Below, in pieces: positions 8,866 to 17,724 of a DNA stretch of 38,474 nucleotides. The translations under genes were made by a program, and so were the position numbers. The stretch is from Myxococcota bacterium. Its GTDB lineage: Bacteria > Myxococcota_A > UBA796 > GCA-2862545. The notes beneath the pieces are model-generated. The model had not been told where the DNA came from and searched no databases. It saw nothing but the letters and a program-made list of their open reading frames with translations. The stretch covers positions 1-38,474 of the forward strand of contig JBCCQY010000080.1 in NCBI GenBank assembly GCA_039208735.1, written 5' to 3'. The stretch's first letter is position 1. Every line of letters begins with the position of its first letter.

Positions 8866-10689
8866 ATGGCCGAAGGGTTCGATTTCGTGATTGTGGGAGC
8901 GGGTTCGGCGGGCGCGGTCATCGCAGCTCGTCTGACTGAAGATCCTGACGTGCGGGTGTGCCTATTGGAAGCGGGGGGCCCGCCTCCGGCGCACGGCGAC
9001 GTGCCGGCCGCCGTCGCCTCGATGCAGAACAATCCCGAGACGGATTGGATGTACCTCGGCAAGCCCGGGGGGGCCGGCCGAGGGTTGGTCGACCAAACGA
9101 TGATGGTGCCTCGGGGCCGTATGCTGGGTGGGAGTTCTGGACTCAACTACATGGCCTACGTCCGTGGCCATCCGGGTGACTTCGACCAATGGTCGGCCAA
9201 CGGTGCCACCGGCTGGAGCTATGCCGAGGTTCTGCCCTACTTCAAGAAGTCGGAAGGGCTGGTCGCGAGCGACGACATCGTGGTCGATACCGAGGCGCAT
9301 GGGACGGACGGTCCCCTCGGCGTGTCGGTCCGTCAGCCGGTCATGAAGGGGGCTCAGCAATTCGTGGAAGCGGCCCGCAACGTCGGGATGGCGACGGGCG
9401 ACTACAACGGACGAGAGCGAGGAGGTCCAGCCGGGGTCGCATCGCTCTTCCAGACCACAACACGCGATGGGAAGCGCTGCTCCACCTTCCATGCCTTTCT
9501 CGCGCCTGCGTTGGACCGTCCGAACCTCACGGTGATCCCCCACGCCCAGGCGACGCGAGTGCTCTTCGAGAACGGCCGAGCCGTGGGCGTTGTCTACCGA
9601 ACGGAGGACGGCGAGCAAACCGTGCACGCAAGCAAGGAGGTTGTGCTTTCGGCAGGGGCCATCGGGTCGCCGCATCTGTTGATGTTGTCGGGGGTGGGGC
9701 CGAGCGACCAACTCGACGCAGCAGGGATTGCGATCGTGCATGCCAATCCTCATGTGGGCCAGCATCTCAAGGATCACCTCCACGTTCCGCTGTTCTTTGA
9801 GGCCGACGGTGTCGGCGAGACGATGCTCGATGTCGCGATGTCGCTCGGTTCAGATGCGCTCCGGGCCCCGGCGGGCCCTCTCCCTGCCGACCCCTCGGCC
9901 GATGCGGCACTCCCCGCAGAACTCCAGGGTCTGAAGGCGGCAGCCGACGCGAAGCTCGGCACCTACCTGACGACCGGTCAGGGCATCCCTGCGTCCTCCC
10001 TCTACGACGCTTCTGCCTTCTACTCGACCGGGCTTGGCGACTCACACACCCACGATGCCCAAATTGCTTTTCTGACCTGTGGGTACACGCCGCTCATCTG
10101 GACGCACGTGTTTCGCATTCCCGCGGACACCTACTTCGAGGGTGACCCCGCGGCGACGTTGGACGCCACGAAGGGCTTCGTCGTGATCTTGCCCAATCTC
10201 GTGCAGCCACATTCCGAAGGGTCCGTCGCGTTGAATCCTGCGGAGCCAAACGAACATCCCACGATCGACCTGAACTACTTCTCAGATCCACACGACATCG
10301 AAGTCATGGTGGCCTGCATGCGCAAGGGTCTCGAGATTGCTGCGGCATGGCCCGGTGACGGACTGGGCCGATGGCTGGTTCCTCCTGCGCTTGCCGAGGC
10401 GCACGGGTACACGTCGGGCGAACCGAGCCCAGCCCTGCTTGAAGACCTCGCGCGGCACTACGCCCTGACCGTCTACCACGAAGCGTCGACCTGCCGAATT
10501 GGCGATGTCGTCGACCCTCGTCTGCGGGTGTTGGGCGTTCAGGGACTTCGCGTGGCCGACGCCAGCGTGATGCCCCAGGTCGTGAGTGGCAACACCAACG
10601 CCTGTGCCATCATGATTGGCGAAAAAGCGGCAGAGATGCTTGCCATGGATCATGGCGTCCGCATCGCACGGACCGTCGGCCTGTCCTGA
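8866..10689 (+). CDS. GMC family FAD oxidoreductase (alcohol/choline dehydrogenase-like)
   Basis: FDFVIVGAGSAG, RGRMLGGSSGLNYM, LSAGAIGSPHLLMLSGVG, catalytic His (VYHEASTC) and Asn (SGNTNA). AAGGAG SD before ATG 8866. Confidence 0.93.
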   Translation: MAEGFDFVIVGAGSAGAVIAARLTEDPDVRVCLLEAGGPPPAHGDVPAAVASMQNNPETDWMYLGKPGGAGRGLVDQTMMVPRGRMLGGSSGLNYMAYVRGHPGDFDQWSANGATGWSYAEVLPYFKKSEGLVASDDIVVDTEAHGTDGPLGVSVRQPVMKGAQQFVEAARNVGMATGDYNGRERGGPAGVASLFQTTTRDGKRCSTFHAFLAPALDRPNLTVIPHAQATRVLFENGRAVGVVYRTEDGEQTVHASKEVVLSAGAIGSPHLLMLSGVGPSDQLDAAGIAIVHANPHVGQHLKDHLHVPLFFEADGVGETMLDVAMSLGSDALRAPAGPLPADPSADAALPAELQGLKAAADAKLGTYLTTGQGIPASSLYDASAFYSTGLGDSHTHDAQIAFLTCGYTPLIWTHVFRIPADTYFEGDPAATLDATKGFVVILPNLVQPHSEGSVALNPAEPNEHPTIDLNYFSDPHDIEVMVACMRKGLEIAAAWPGDGLGRWLVPPALAEAHGYTSGEPSPALLEDLARHYALTVYHEASTCRIGDVVDPRLRVLGVQGLRVADASVMPQVVSGNTNACAIMIGEKAAEMLAMDHGVRIARTVGLS

Positions 10690-10862
10690 ACGTCGCAGCT
10701 GCGCGTGCGGAGCACCTTGGATCCGACCGACGACTTGGTGCAGCTCGATGACCTCAACGTCGTCTGCGTGCCGTGACCCAGGGCATTGGGGCGGCTGCGA
10801 CCACCTGAGGCACCGGGATGGTAGCGACCAACGCGACTCCCGCGGTCTGTCGTCAGTGGCGA

Positions 10863-10876
10863 CTATAGAGGTATAA
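10863..10876. promoter_or_regulatory. TTATA-N4-TATAA operator copy (CTATA-GAGG-TATAA), orphan position between convergent genes
   Basis: One mismatch to the palindrome found at five other intergenic sites of this cluster. Confidence 0.55.
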
Positions 10877-10906
10877 TTCCGCACGATCGGGATGGGCAAA
10901 GGCGCG

Positions 10907-11854
10907 TTAACGAACACGTGCCGTCCCCGACGAAATCAGGTCGCCATCGAACGCAAAGCCAACCGCGATCAAAGGCAGGCCCTGCGGCTGTTCTTGCCCA
11001 GCTCGGTAGGGATGCGAAAGCCACCACTGACTCACCACAAACAGCGTAGGACGATCGAAGCGTGAGCCGGGTCCTCGATCGGCCAAGGTCCAGGCAACGA
11101 CGGGCCCCAGACGGTGGTGCGCCTGGCCCCCGTCACCTGGCGCGTTCACCAGGTCGTCGGAGAAGCTGTGACGGATGCCGAGCCGCGCGGTCCCCAAGCG
11201 TACCACCAGCTCCGTGTCCAAGAGCACCATAAATCCCTGGTCGGGCGCGAGCCGGTCCCAGAGTTGGTCGTAGAATACGACTTCGCCGTCCGACAGCGCG
11301 AGATCGTAGCGTTGAAACGACGTCGTGGACCGCACGAGGAACGGGCCGACCGGTCCACGTACGCTGAATCCGGCAATGACTCCCCACCCGCTGCGTGGCT
11401 GATTGAACCCGGCCAGCCGCAACTCCGCGAGCCGTTGGTCACTGTACCGGACGGTCGGGTCCGAAAACGACATGACCTGGTTGAATAGGCCAAAGTAGCG
11501 CACCCCGGTGACCTCCACGAATCCTCGGAGCACCGACAGCGCCTGAGCCTCGACGAACAGACCAGACCGGACGAACCCTGGCGTCACGGTCAGGGTTGGG
11601 GCGACGTAGACGTAGGTGTTGTGCAGTAGGGGGCGGTCCTTCGACGACAGCCGGCGGCGCCATCCCACACGAAAGACATTCGTGATGCCAAGAGCGTTAA
11701 TCCGCCCATAGGTGGCATTGGTGTAGTGCAGTCGATCACGCGGCGGCGCTTTGTATCCTGTGGCGGGCCCCGAGAAGGTGGCGTCCTCACTACGAGCGCC
11801 TCGCTCCTGTGCCACCACGACGCCCATGCCCAAGATGCATGACAAAACCCACAT
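10907..11854 (-). CDS. Exported hypothetical protein, probable outer-membrane beta-barrel
   Basis: Signal-like MWVLSCILGMGVVVAQ and many amphipathic aromatic-rich strands (YVYVAPTLTV, WGVIAGFSVR, LFVVSQWW, LIAVGFAFDG). The barrel call is inference. Confidence 0.65.
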   Translation of the reverse strand: MWVLSCILGMGVVVAQERGARSEDATFSGPATGYKAPPRDRLHYTNATYGRINALGITNVFRVGWRRRLSSKDRPLLHNTYVYVAPTLTVTPGFVRSGLFVEAQALSVLRGFVEVTGVRYFGLFNQVMSFSDPTVRYSDQRLAELRLAGFNQPRSGWGVIAGFSVRGPVGPFLVRSTTSFQRYDLALSDGEVVFYDQLWDRLAPDQGFMVLLDTELVVRLGTARLGIRHSFSDDLVNAPGDGGQAHHRLGPVVAWTLADRGPGSRFDRPTLFVVSQWWLSHPYRAGQEQPQGLPLIAVGFAFDGDLISSGTARVR

Positions 11855-11873
11855 CGCGGATCCCAATTTTTGG

Positions 11874-11887
11874 TTTTCACCATATAA
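11874..11887. promoter_or_regulatory. Degenerate TTATA-N4-TATAA operator copy (TTTTC-ACCA-TATAA)
   Basis: Sits in the short divergent gap between the barrel-like gene and the sulfatase; one half-site is perfect. Confidence 0.45.
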
Positions 11888-11919
11888 CTAACGTCGTGCG
11901 CCACGCCTGCGGAGCCTCG

Positions 11920-13572
11920 ATGATTGCGCTGCTGATCGCCTGTCAAACCCCCTCTTCGCCGCCCCTTCCCCCTCCCCCCAAGCCCACGAGCGGGCGCGAG
12001 CTGCTCGAGATCGTCGACGGCATCCATGTTGCGATTGGCTATGGGCTTGCCAATGCCATCCTGCTCGAGGGGCCAGAGGGCATCGTGCTCGTGGATGCGA
12101 TGGAGTCGGCGACGGCGGCCCGGGAGGTTCGGGAGGCGTTTCGGTCCATCACCGATGTGCCGGTCAGCGCGCTGATCCTTACGCACAATCACGCCGACCA
12201 CGTCTTCGGCGGGGCGGTCATGGCGCCAGGGGACGTGCCGGTCTACGCGCACAAGGAGACCGAGGCCGAAATCGATCGCGTGGTCAACGTCACGCGCGAA
12301 ATCCTTCAGGTGCGAAGTGCAGCGATGTTCGGCTCAGCGTTGCCCGACCACGGTGCGCTGTCGATCGGCGACGGTCCCAGGCTCCGCTTTGATCCATCCA
12401 ACATTGCGTTGAAGCGGCCGACCCACACGATTGACAAACCCACGCAGGTCGAACTCGGGGGCCTGTCGCTCGAGCTGCTGCCAATGCCGGGAGAGACCGA
12501 CGACCATCTCGCCATCTGGCTCCCCGATCGTCGAGTGCTGCTTCCCGGCGACAACATCTACGAGGCCTTTCCGAATCTGTATTCGATTCGAGGCACCCCC
12601 TACCGAGACGTCAGGGTCTGGATCGACAGTCTGGACCGGATGCGCGACCTGCAGGCAGCCCTCCTCGTTCCGAGCCACACCCACCCCGTCGTGGGCGCTG
12701 ACGCGGTCGAGCGCACACTGACCGCCTACCGGGATGCAATCCAATACGTGCACGACCAGACGGTGCGGCACATGAACAAAGGCCTCACCCCCGACGAACT
12801 TGCCGCCACCATTCGTCTGCCCCCGCACCTGGCGCAACACCCCTGGCTGAAAGAGACCTATGGAAGGGTCGACTGGTCGGTGAGGGCCATTTACGACGGC
12901 TACCTCGGGTGGTTCGACGGGGATGCCTCTATGCTTCGCCCGCTCGCTCCAGAGGAACGAGCCGAGCGCTTTGCCAACGCCTTTGCACAGGCGCGACCAC
13001 TTTCGGAAGAAGCGTCCGCTGCCCTCGAACGTGGCGACTTTGCATGGGCCGCCGAGGTCGCCCAGCTCTGGCGTCGGTCTGCCCCCGGGGAGCGCGCCGC
13101 GGATCTGGCCCTCGCTTCCGCTTACGAAGGGCTGGCGCGAGACGCACTCAACATGAATGCACGCCGCTACTTGCTCACCCAGACGGGTGTACTGCGGGGA
13201 GAGATCCGCCTCGCAGGCACCGATCGCTCGGCTGCCCCCAAAGACTTCGTGGTGGGACTCTCCCTTGCGGCGTTCATGCGCAGCATGCCGACTCGGCTGC
13301 GAGCGGAGGACGTGCTCGACGTCGACGAACGAATCGCATTCGAGTTCCCCGACGTCGGCGAGCGTTGGGTGTTGCACGTTCGGCGGGGGGTTGCCGAGAT
13401 GCGGCAGCGACCCAAGAGCGACCGCGTCGACCTCCGAATCATCGTCGACGCCTCGACCTGGAAGCTGGTCGCGACGGGTCACATATCCGCCACGGCGGCC
13501 TGGGCGGACGGGCGAATCCGCACCGAAGGGGGATTGGCCCGCATCGTTCGCCTATTGTCCTGGTTCGGGTGA
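11920..13572 (+). CDS. Alkyl/aryl sulfatase (type III, SdsA1/BDS1-like): MBL fold, dimerisation domain and SCP2 domain; predicted lipoprotein
   Basis: THNHADH (HxHxDH), PGETDDH, FPNLYSIRGTPYRD, LVPSH, YDGYLGWFDG and an SCP2-like C-terminus. GGAG SD, then MIALLIAC lipobox and a Pro-rich linker. Confidence 0.9.
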   Translation: MIALLIACQTPSSPPLPPPPKPTSGRELLEIVDGIHVAIGYGLANAILLEGPEGIVLVDAMESATAAREVREAFRSITDVPVSALILTHNHADHVFGGAVMAPGDVPVYAHKETEAEIDRVVNVTREILQVRSAAMFGSALPDHGALSIGDGPRLRFDPSNIALKRPTHTIDKPTQVELGGLSLELLPMPGETDDHLAIWLPDRRVLLPGDNIYEAFPNLYSIRGTPYRDVRVWIDSLDRMRDLQAALLVPSHTHPVVGADAVERTLTAYRDAIQYVHDQTVRHMNKGLTPDELAATIRLPPHLAQHPWLKETYGRVDWSVRAIYDGYLGWFDGDASMLRPLAPEERAERFANAFAQARPLSEEASAALERGDFAWAAEVAQLWRRSAPGERAADLALASAYEGLARDALNMNARRYLLTQTGVLRGEIRLAGTDRSAAPKDFVVGLSLAAFMRSMPTRLRAEDVLDVDERIAFEFPDVGERWVLHVRRGVAEMRQRPKSDRVDLRIIVDASTWKLVATGHISATAAWADGRIRTEGGLARIVRLLSWFG

Positions 13573-13574
13573 AC

Positions 13575-14456
13575 CTACCAGCGGTCCGGCATCTCTGCAC
13601 CCCGGTCGTGGTTGCAGTTGGGATGGGCCTCTCCGGTCTCGAGGAAGTGGTCCCGCCAGTTCGCTTCCTGGGCGAGTCCCCCTCGTACGGATTGTTCTAG
13701 CAGCGCGTCGCTAAGCAGCGCCACCTGTAGCGACGCCCACAACGCACTGAACCGCACCGCGCCTTCGTCGGTGTCGGCCACGATTTGAAGCGTCCACAGT
13801 TGGTCCCAGCTCTTGTTGCCGTTCTGCGAAAACCACCGCTGGTCGTTCGAACCTCGGGTGATCAACGCATCGATTGGACCCGTCTCGTCGTCGCCGATGT
13901 CGATCACGCGGTGTTCGAGTCGTTGGTCGTACCAGATCTTCAGAAGGGGATTGTCCTTCAGCGTCGCCTGGACCCCGGTGAGCTCGTCGCAGAACCCTTC
14001 GGCGAAGCAGGACGGGTCCGAAGCAAAGGACCGCCTCGCCCACTTCGTGGTGGCCGCTTCGAGACAGGTCCCATCTTCATTCGCCGCCACACGTCGAAAG
14101 TCCGCGACCGTGAAGGCCGACCGATTCACCCTCGAGGTCGGAACCGATTGGTCGTCGGCCGACACCCCTTCCGGCATCTGCAAATCACCGAGTGAGGACG
14201 TTGGCAGTGGCGGAAGCTCGAGGTACCAGCCGGGGTCCAGGTCATCGTCGGGCTGTTCGACCCTCGCGATCTTGTCGTCGATCATTGGAACCAGGGTCCG
14301 CCGGACGGCGTCGACGAGTTCGGATGGGTCGTCGTCTTGGAACTGTGAGAACACCGTCCGAATGGCTTCGTCGACACTGGGCGGGGGGGACTCGGCATCC
14401 GGCGGCGCGCAGCCGATCGCTCCGACCAATGCAAACCCATGAACGCGGAGTGGCAT
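13575..14456 (-). CDS. Hypothetical lipoprotein
   Basis: AAGGAGG SD and TATAAT upstream; MPLRVHGFALVGAIGC lipobox; several Cys; no recognised family. Confidence 0.75.
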   Translation of the reverse strand: MPLRVHGFALVGAIGCAPPDAESPPPSVDEAIRTVFSQFQDDDPSELVDAVRRTLVPMIDDKIARVEQPDDDLDPGWYLELPPLPTSSLGDLQMPEGVSADDQSVPTSRVNRSAFTVADFRRVAANEDGTCLEAATTKWARRSFASDPSCFAEGFCDELTGVQATLKDNPLLKIWYDQRLEHRVIDIGDDETGPIDALITRGSNDQRWFSQNGNKSWDQLWTLQIVADTDEGAVRFSALWASLQVALLSDALLEQSVRGGLAQEANWRDHFLETGEAHPNCNHDRGAEMPDRW

Positions 14457-14478
14457 GGTTCCTCCTTAGGTTCGTAGA

Positions 14479-14492
14479 TTATATGTCTATAG
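14479..14492. promoter_or_regulatory. TTATA-N4-TATAA operator copy (TTATA-TGTC-TATAG) overlapping a minus-strand TATAAT -10 element
   Basis: The minus strand reads CTATAGACATATAAT ... AAGGAGG ... ATG(14456). Confidence 0.65.
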
Positions 14493-15914
14493 TTTAGGAG
14501 TGGTTCGACGTCGGGCGCGAAGTGCTTCCAGCACCCGAGCGTGGGCAACCCCATGGAGTCGAAATCCTCGGACGCCGGCGATGGCGGAGGTGCAGAGCAG
14601 CGCGATGACCAAGACCTGGATGAACACGAGTCGCGCTACGGCATCGGGGTCCTGAATCGTGCCCGCAGCGCCTTCGGCGACGCCCGCGATCTTGAGCGCC
14701 ACCCCGGAGACCAAGATGCCGAGGCCCGATGAAGCCTTGGCAAGGAAGGTGTAGGCGCTGAACAGGAGCCCTTCCTGCCGGGTTCCAGTGGCGAGTTCGT
14801 GCTCGTCGGTGATGTCGGCGATCATGGCGCCCACCATGGTCATGCCGAGGATCATTCCGTAGTAGACGATGACAGAGGCCAGCACGAGCAACGCGACCAA
14901 CCAGGGGTCGCCTGGAGGCGGCAACGCTCCGCTGATGCGCAGGGCCACCATGGTCGGCCAGGTGATGGCCACGAGCAGGCAGCCGAGCACCGCGGCGAGG
15001 CGCTTACCGATGCGCGACACGACCGCGCGGGCCGTGATCATCACGCCCGCTGCAGCGCCCATGATGCCGACCACCAACACCGAGATCTGGTCGGAGGATA
15101 GGCCCCAGAACATGCTCGTGACGTAGTTTGAGAGGCTGTCGTGGAACCCCACGGCGACGGTGAGGGCGAGCCCTCCCAGCACGGCTCCTCGATAGCTTCG
15201 GTTGGTCCACGCCGCCCGGACCTCCGACCACAACTGCGGTGAGGTCTGGGGCGACGCCTCACGCTGGGCCCCACGGGCCAACGTGGTCCGAATGGTGCCG
15301 AACGAACCCACGGCGGTCGCGATCATGATGATCGTAGCTCCCCAGATGGCCAGGTTGCCGTACCCTGCAGGATGGCCGAGGCCGTTCGGATGTTGAGGGG
15401 TGGGCGGCAGCATCACCGCAAACACCATCACGGCATTGAAGAGACCGAAAAGCCATGCTGCAGAGGTGCGAAGGGACTGAAGCGACACCCGCTCTTCAGG
15501 AGAGGAGGCGAGTTCAGCCACGAGGGACTGATGGGGAATGGTGAAGAGGGTGAGCGCAACCCGCGCCCCCACGACGAACGTCAACAACCATCCGAACAGC
15601 CCCACCTGTCCCAGTCCCGATGGCGGACGAAACACTGCATAAAAGCAGATTGCCAGGGGCATGATGCTCGCGAACATGTAGGGATGTCGGCGCCCAAAAC
15701 GAGAGCGAGTGCGGTCGGAAAGCACCCCGACGAGCGGATCGGTCACCGCGTCCACCAAGAGCGCAACGAACAGTGCGATCCCACAAAGGCTGGCTTCGAG
15801 ACCGAGCACCTGCTGGTAGTAGAACAGCAGGAACATGTTGAAGGTGTTGAGGACGACGCCCACCGCGGCCATGCCGATGCCGTACGCTATCCTGGTTGCC
15901 GTCACCCGCCGCAC
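14487..15914 (-). CDS. MFS transporter, glycoside-pentoside-hexuronide (MelB/MFS_2) family
   Basis: DAVTDPLVGVLSDRTRSRFGRRHPY, MIADITDEHELATGTRQEG and about 12 hydrophobic segments; GGAGG SD before GTG. Confidence 0.92.
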   Translation of the reverse strand: MRRVTATRIAYGIGMAAVGVVLNTFNMFLLFYYQQVLGLEASLCGIALFVALLVDAVTDPLVGVLSDRTRSRFGRRHPYMFASIMPLAICFYAVFRPPSGLGQVGLFGWLLTFVVGARVALTLFTIPHQSLVAELASSPEERVSLQSLRTSAAWLFGLFNAVMVFAVMLPPTPQHPNGLGHPAGYGNLAIWGATIIMIATAVGSFGTIRTTLARGAQREASPQTSPQLWSEVRAAWTNRSYRGAVLGGLALTVAVGFHDSLSNYVTSMFWGLSSDQISVLVVGIMGAAAGVMITARAVVSRIGKRLAAVLGCLLVAITWPTMVALRISGALPPPGDPWLVALLVLASVIVYYGMILGMTMVGAMIADITDEHELATGTRQEGLLFSAYTFLAKASSGLGILVSGVALKIAGVAEGAAGTIQDPDAVARLVFIQVLVIALLCTSAIAGVRGFRLHGVAHARVLEALRARRRTTPKL

Positions 15915-15945
15915 CCTCGCCTCCGTGACTGCAGGTCCGGCTTTC

Positions 15946-15959
15946 TTATATCAGTATAA
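15946..15959. promoter_or_regulatory. TTATA-N4-TATAA operator, perfect copy (TTATA-TCAG-TATAA)
   Basis: AT-rich island between the TetR stop and the MFS start. Confidence 0.7.
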
Positions 15960-15967
15960 AGAGAGAC

Positions 15968-16597
15968 TCAGCGACCTCGGAGTCCCATGATCAGCGCCAT
16001 CGGCCCGAGGCACACGGCGACTGCGCCCAACGTTTGAGTCGCCAAGAGTTCGGCCACCCGATCACGCTCCATTCGGCCATCCAGCATGAGGGCGAAGCCA
16101 CTGTGCACGGTGTGCACGATGGCATGGGCAAGCTGCTCGATGGCAGCGACCCGGTCGCTATCGGGCTCGATGTGCGAACTCTGCGTGATGTGCTCGACCA
16201 GTGCACGTTCTACGGCGTGGTCGACCCCTCGGCAGAACTCGCCGACCCGTGAGTCGAGCCATCGGTGCCGGATGTACACCTCGATGACGCCACGGTCTGC
16301 CATCGCGCGGTCGAGGATCGCTCCAAAGTGCTTGGCCAGGTTGTGCTGATCCGCGGGTCCCGCCCGGCGAAGCCAGTCCGAGGCTTCGAGGTTGAGGGCC
16401 AGCATCTCGCTGGCCACCTGGCTGGCCACCTCGACAACGAGTTCTTCCACATTGTCGAAGTGCCCATAGAAGGCGGGTTGGGAGATCCCGACCATCTTGG
16501 TCACCGCGCGCGTGGTGACGGCCCCCTCACCTTCAGTGCGCAGTAGCTTCTGGGCTGCATTGAGAATGGCCCGGCGCGTATCGGTTCGGCGTGGCAT
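15968..16597 (-). CDS. TetR/AcrR family transcriptional regulator
   Basis: TRRAILNAAQKLL...VTTRAVTKMVGISQPAFYGHFDNVEEL HTH. Confidence 0.92.
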   Translation of the reverse strand: MPRRTDTRRAILNAAQKLLRTEGEGAVTTRAVTKMVGISQPAFYGHFDNVEELVVEVASQVASEMLALNLEASDWLRRAGPADQHNLAKHFGAILDRAMADRGVIEVYIRHRWLDSRVGEFCRGVDHAVERALVEHITQSSHIEPDSDRVAAIEQLAHAIVHTVHSGFALMLDGRMERDRVAELLATQTLGAVAVCLGPMALIMGLRGR

Positions 16598-16622
16598 CAG
16601 CTCACTGGTAACGTCCGAAGCC

Positions 16623-17450
16623 CTATGCCGACCGCCGTTTCCCCGAGGCCGTAGGGGATCGATGTCCCTTTACGAACCAGCGATAGCTCACGGGCAGAAA
16701 CTCGTGAAGCCGCGAGATCCACTGGGCATCCGCACCCACCAGGATTCGCGACCGGCCCCGCTCCAACCCGCGAACCACGATCTCTGCGGCACGCTCCGGC
16801 GTCAGCCCGCCGGCAAGCATCGAAATGGCGTTGCCGCGGCGTTCGTCGTCGTCCCCGCTTCGGCCATCGGCCACGATGCGGGTGTCAACTGCGCCGGGAT
16901 GCACCCACGACACCTGGATGCCCGTGTCGGCGAGTTCCATCGACAACACCTCGGACAATGACCGGACCGCGTGCTTGCTCGCACAGTAGGCGCCGTTGCC
17001 CGGCAAGCCGATGATTCCGAGGATGCTCGAGATGTTCACGAGGTGCGCGCGTGACTCGGCCCGAAGGAGCGGCAGAAACGCGTGACATCCGTAGATCACA
17101 CCCATGAGGTTGACCCGCATCAGCCACTCGACGTCGTCGAGAACTGAATCCGCGAAGTCACCGAGCCACGAGACGCCCGCGTTGTTGACCACAACCTGGG
17201 CCCCTCCATGGGTGCGCGACACCTCCTCGACGCAGTCCGCCCATCCCGCCCGGTCCGATACGTCGAAGCCATGGCACGTGACGGTCCGACCCAACCGCCG
17301 CATGTCGTCAGCGACCTCTTTCAAACGATCGGCGGCCACATCGGTCAGTGCGAGATCACACCCCCGACGGCCCAGATTTCGAGCCAGGGCCGCTCCGAGT
17401 CCCGAGCCTGCGCCGGTAATGACGGCCACCCGGCCGCTCCAGTGGTCCAT
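16623..17450 (-). CDS. Short-chain dehydrogenase/reductase (SDR)
   Basis: TGAGSGLG, NNAG, NISS and YCASK catalytic motifs; GGAGG SD. Confidence 0.95.
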   Translation of the reverse strand: MDHWSGRVAVITGAGSGLGAALARNLGRRGCDLALTDVAADRLKEVADDMRRLGRTVTCHGFDVSDRAGWADCVEEVSRTHGGAQVVVNNAGVSWLGDFADSVLDDVEWLMRVNLMGVIYGCHAFLPLLRAESRAHLVNISSILGIIGLPGNGAYCASKHAVRSLSEVLSMELADTGIQVSWVHPGAVDTRIVADGRSGDDDERRGNAISMLAGGLTPERAAEIVVRGLERGRSRILVGADAQWISRLHEFLPVSYRWFVKGHRSPTASGKRRSA

Positions 17451-17468
17451 GGAACCTCCCCATCTAAG

Positions 17469-17482
17469 TTATCGATCTATAA
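17469..17482. promoter_or_regulatory. TTATA-N4-TATAA operator copy (TTATC-GATC-TATAA)
   Basis: Just upstream of the SDR start; overlaps a plus-strand TATAAT. Confidence 0.65.
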
Positions 17483-17649
17483 TATTCTTGGAAAGAGCGG
17501 AGATCGGATGGACTGGCTTGATCGCGTTGGACCGGATCTAGCAACTGGGATCGGCGGGCACTCGTCAGAGACCGCGACAAGCCCCGCTACGCGCGAGCAG
17601 GCGACTTCGAGCCCCTGTTCGTCACCTCATAGGGCCCGCTACTGGTAAT

Positions 17650-17663
17650 TTATATACTTATAA
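17650..17663. promoter_or_regulatory. TTATA-N4-TATAA operator, perfect copy (TTATA-TACT-TATAA)
   Basis: About 60 bp upstream of ATG 17725; overlaps a plus-strand TATAAT. Confidence 0.7.
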
Positions 17664-17724
17664 TTTAAGATGCTTCGGTCGCGGACTTCTCCGTGGACCA
17701 ACCCTTGACCGAGAGTCTCGAACC

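Noticed and set aside
10687..10776. Selenocysteine or stop read-through of the GMC TGA into the in-frame 28-codon tail
   Set aside because: The GMC domain is already complete at the stop, and I see no SECIS-like hairpin; a remnant is more parsimonious.
12334..13482. 382-aa minus-strand ORF (likewise 29766..30731, 35443..36420 and 8962..9783)
   Set aside because: Antisense shadows of well-supported genes.
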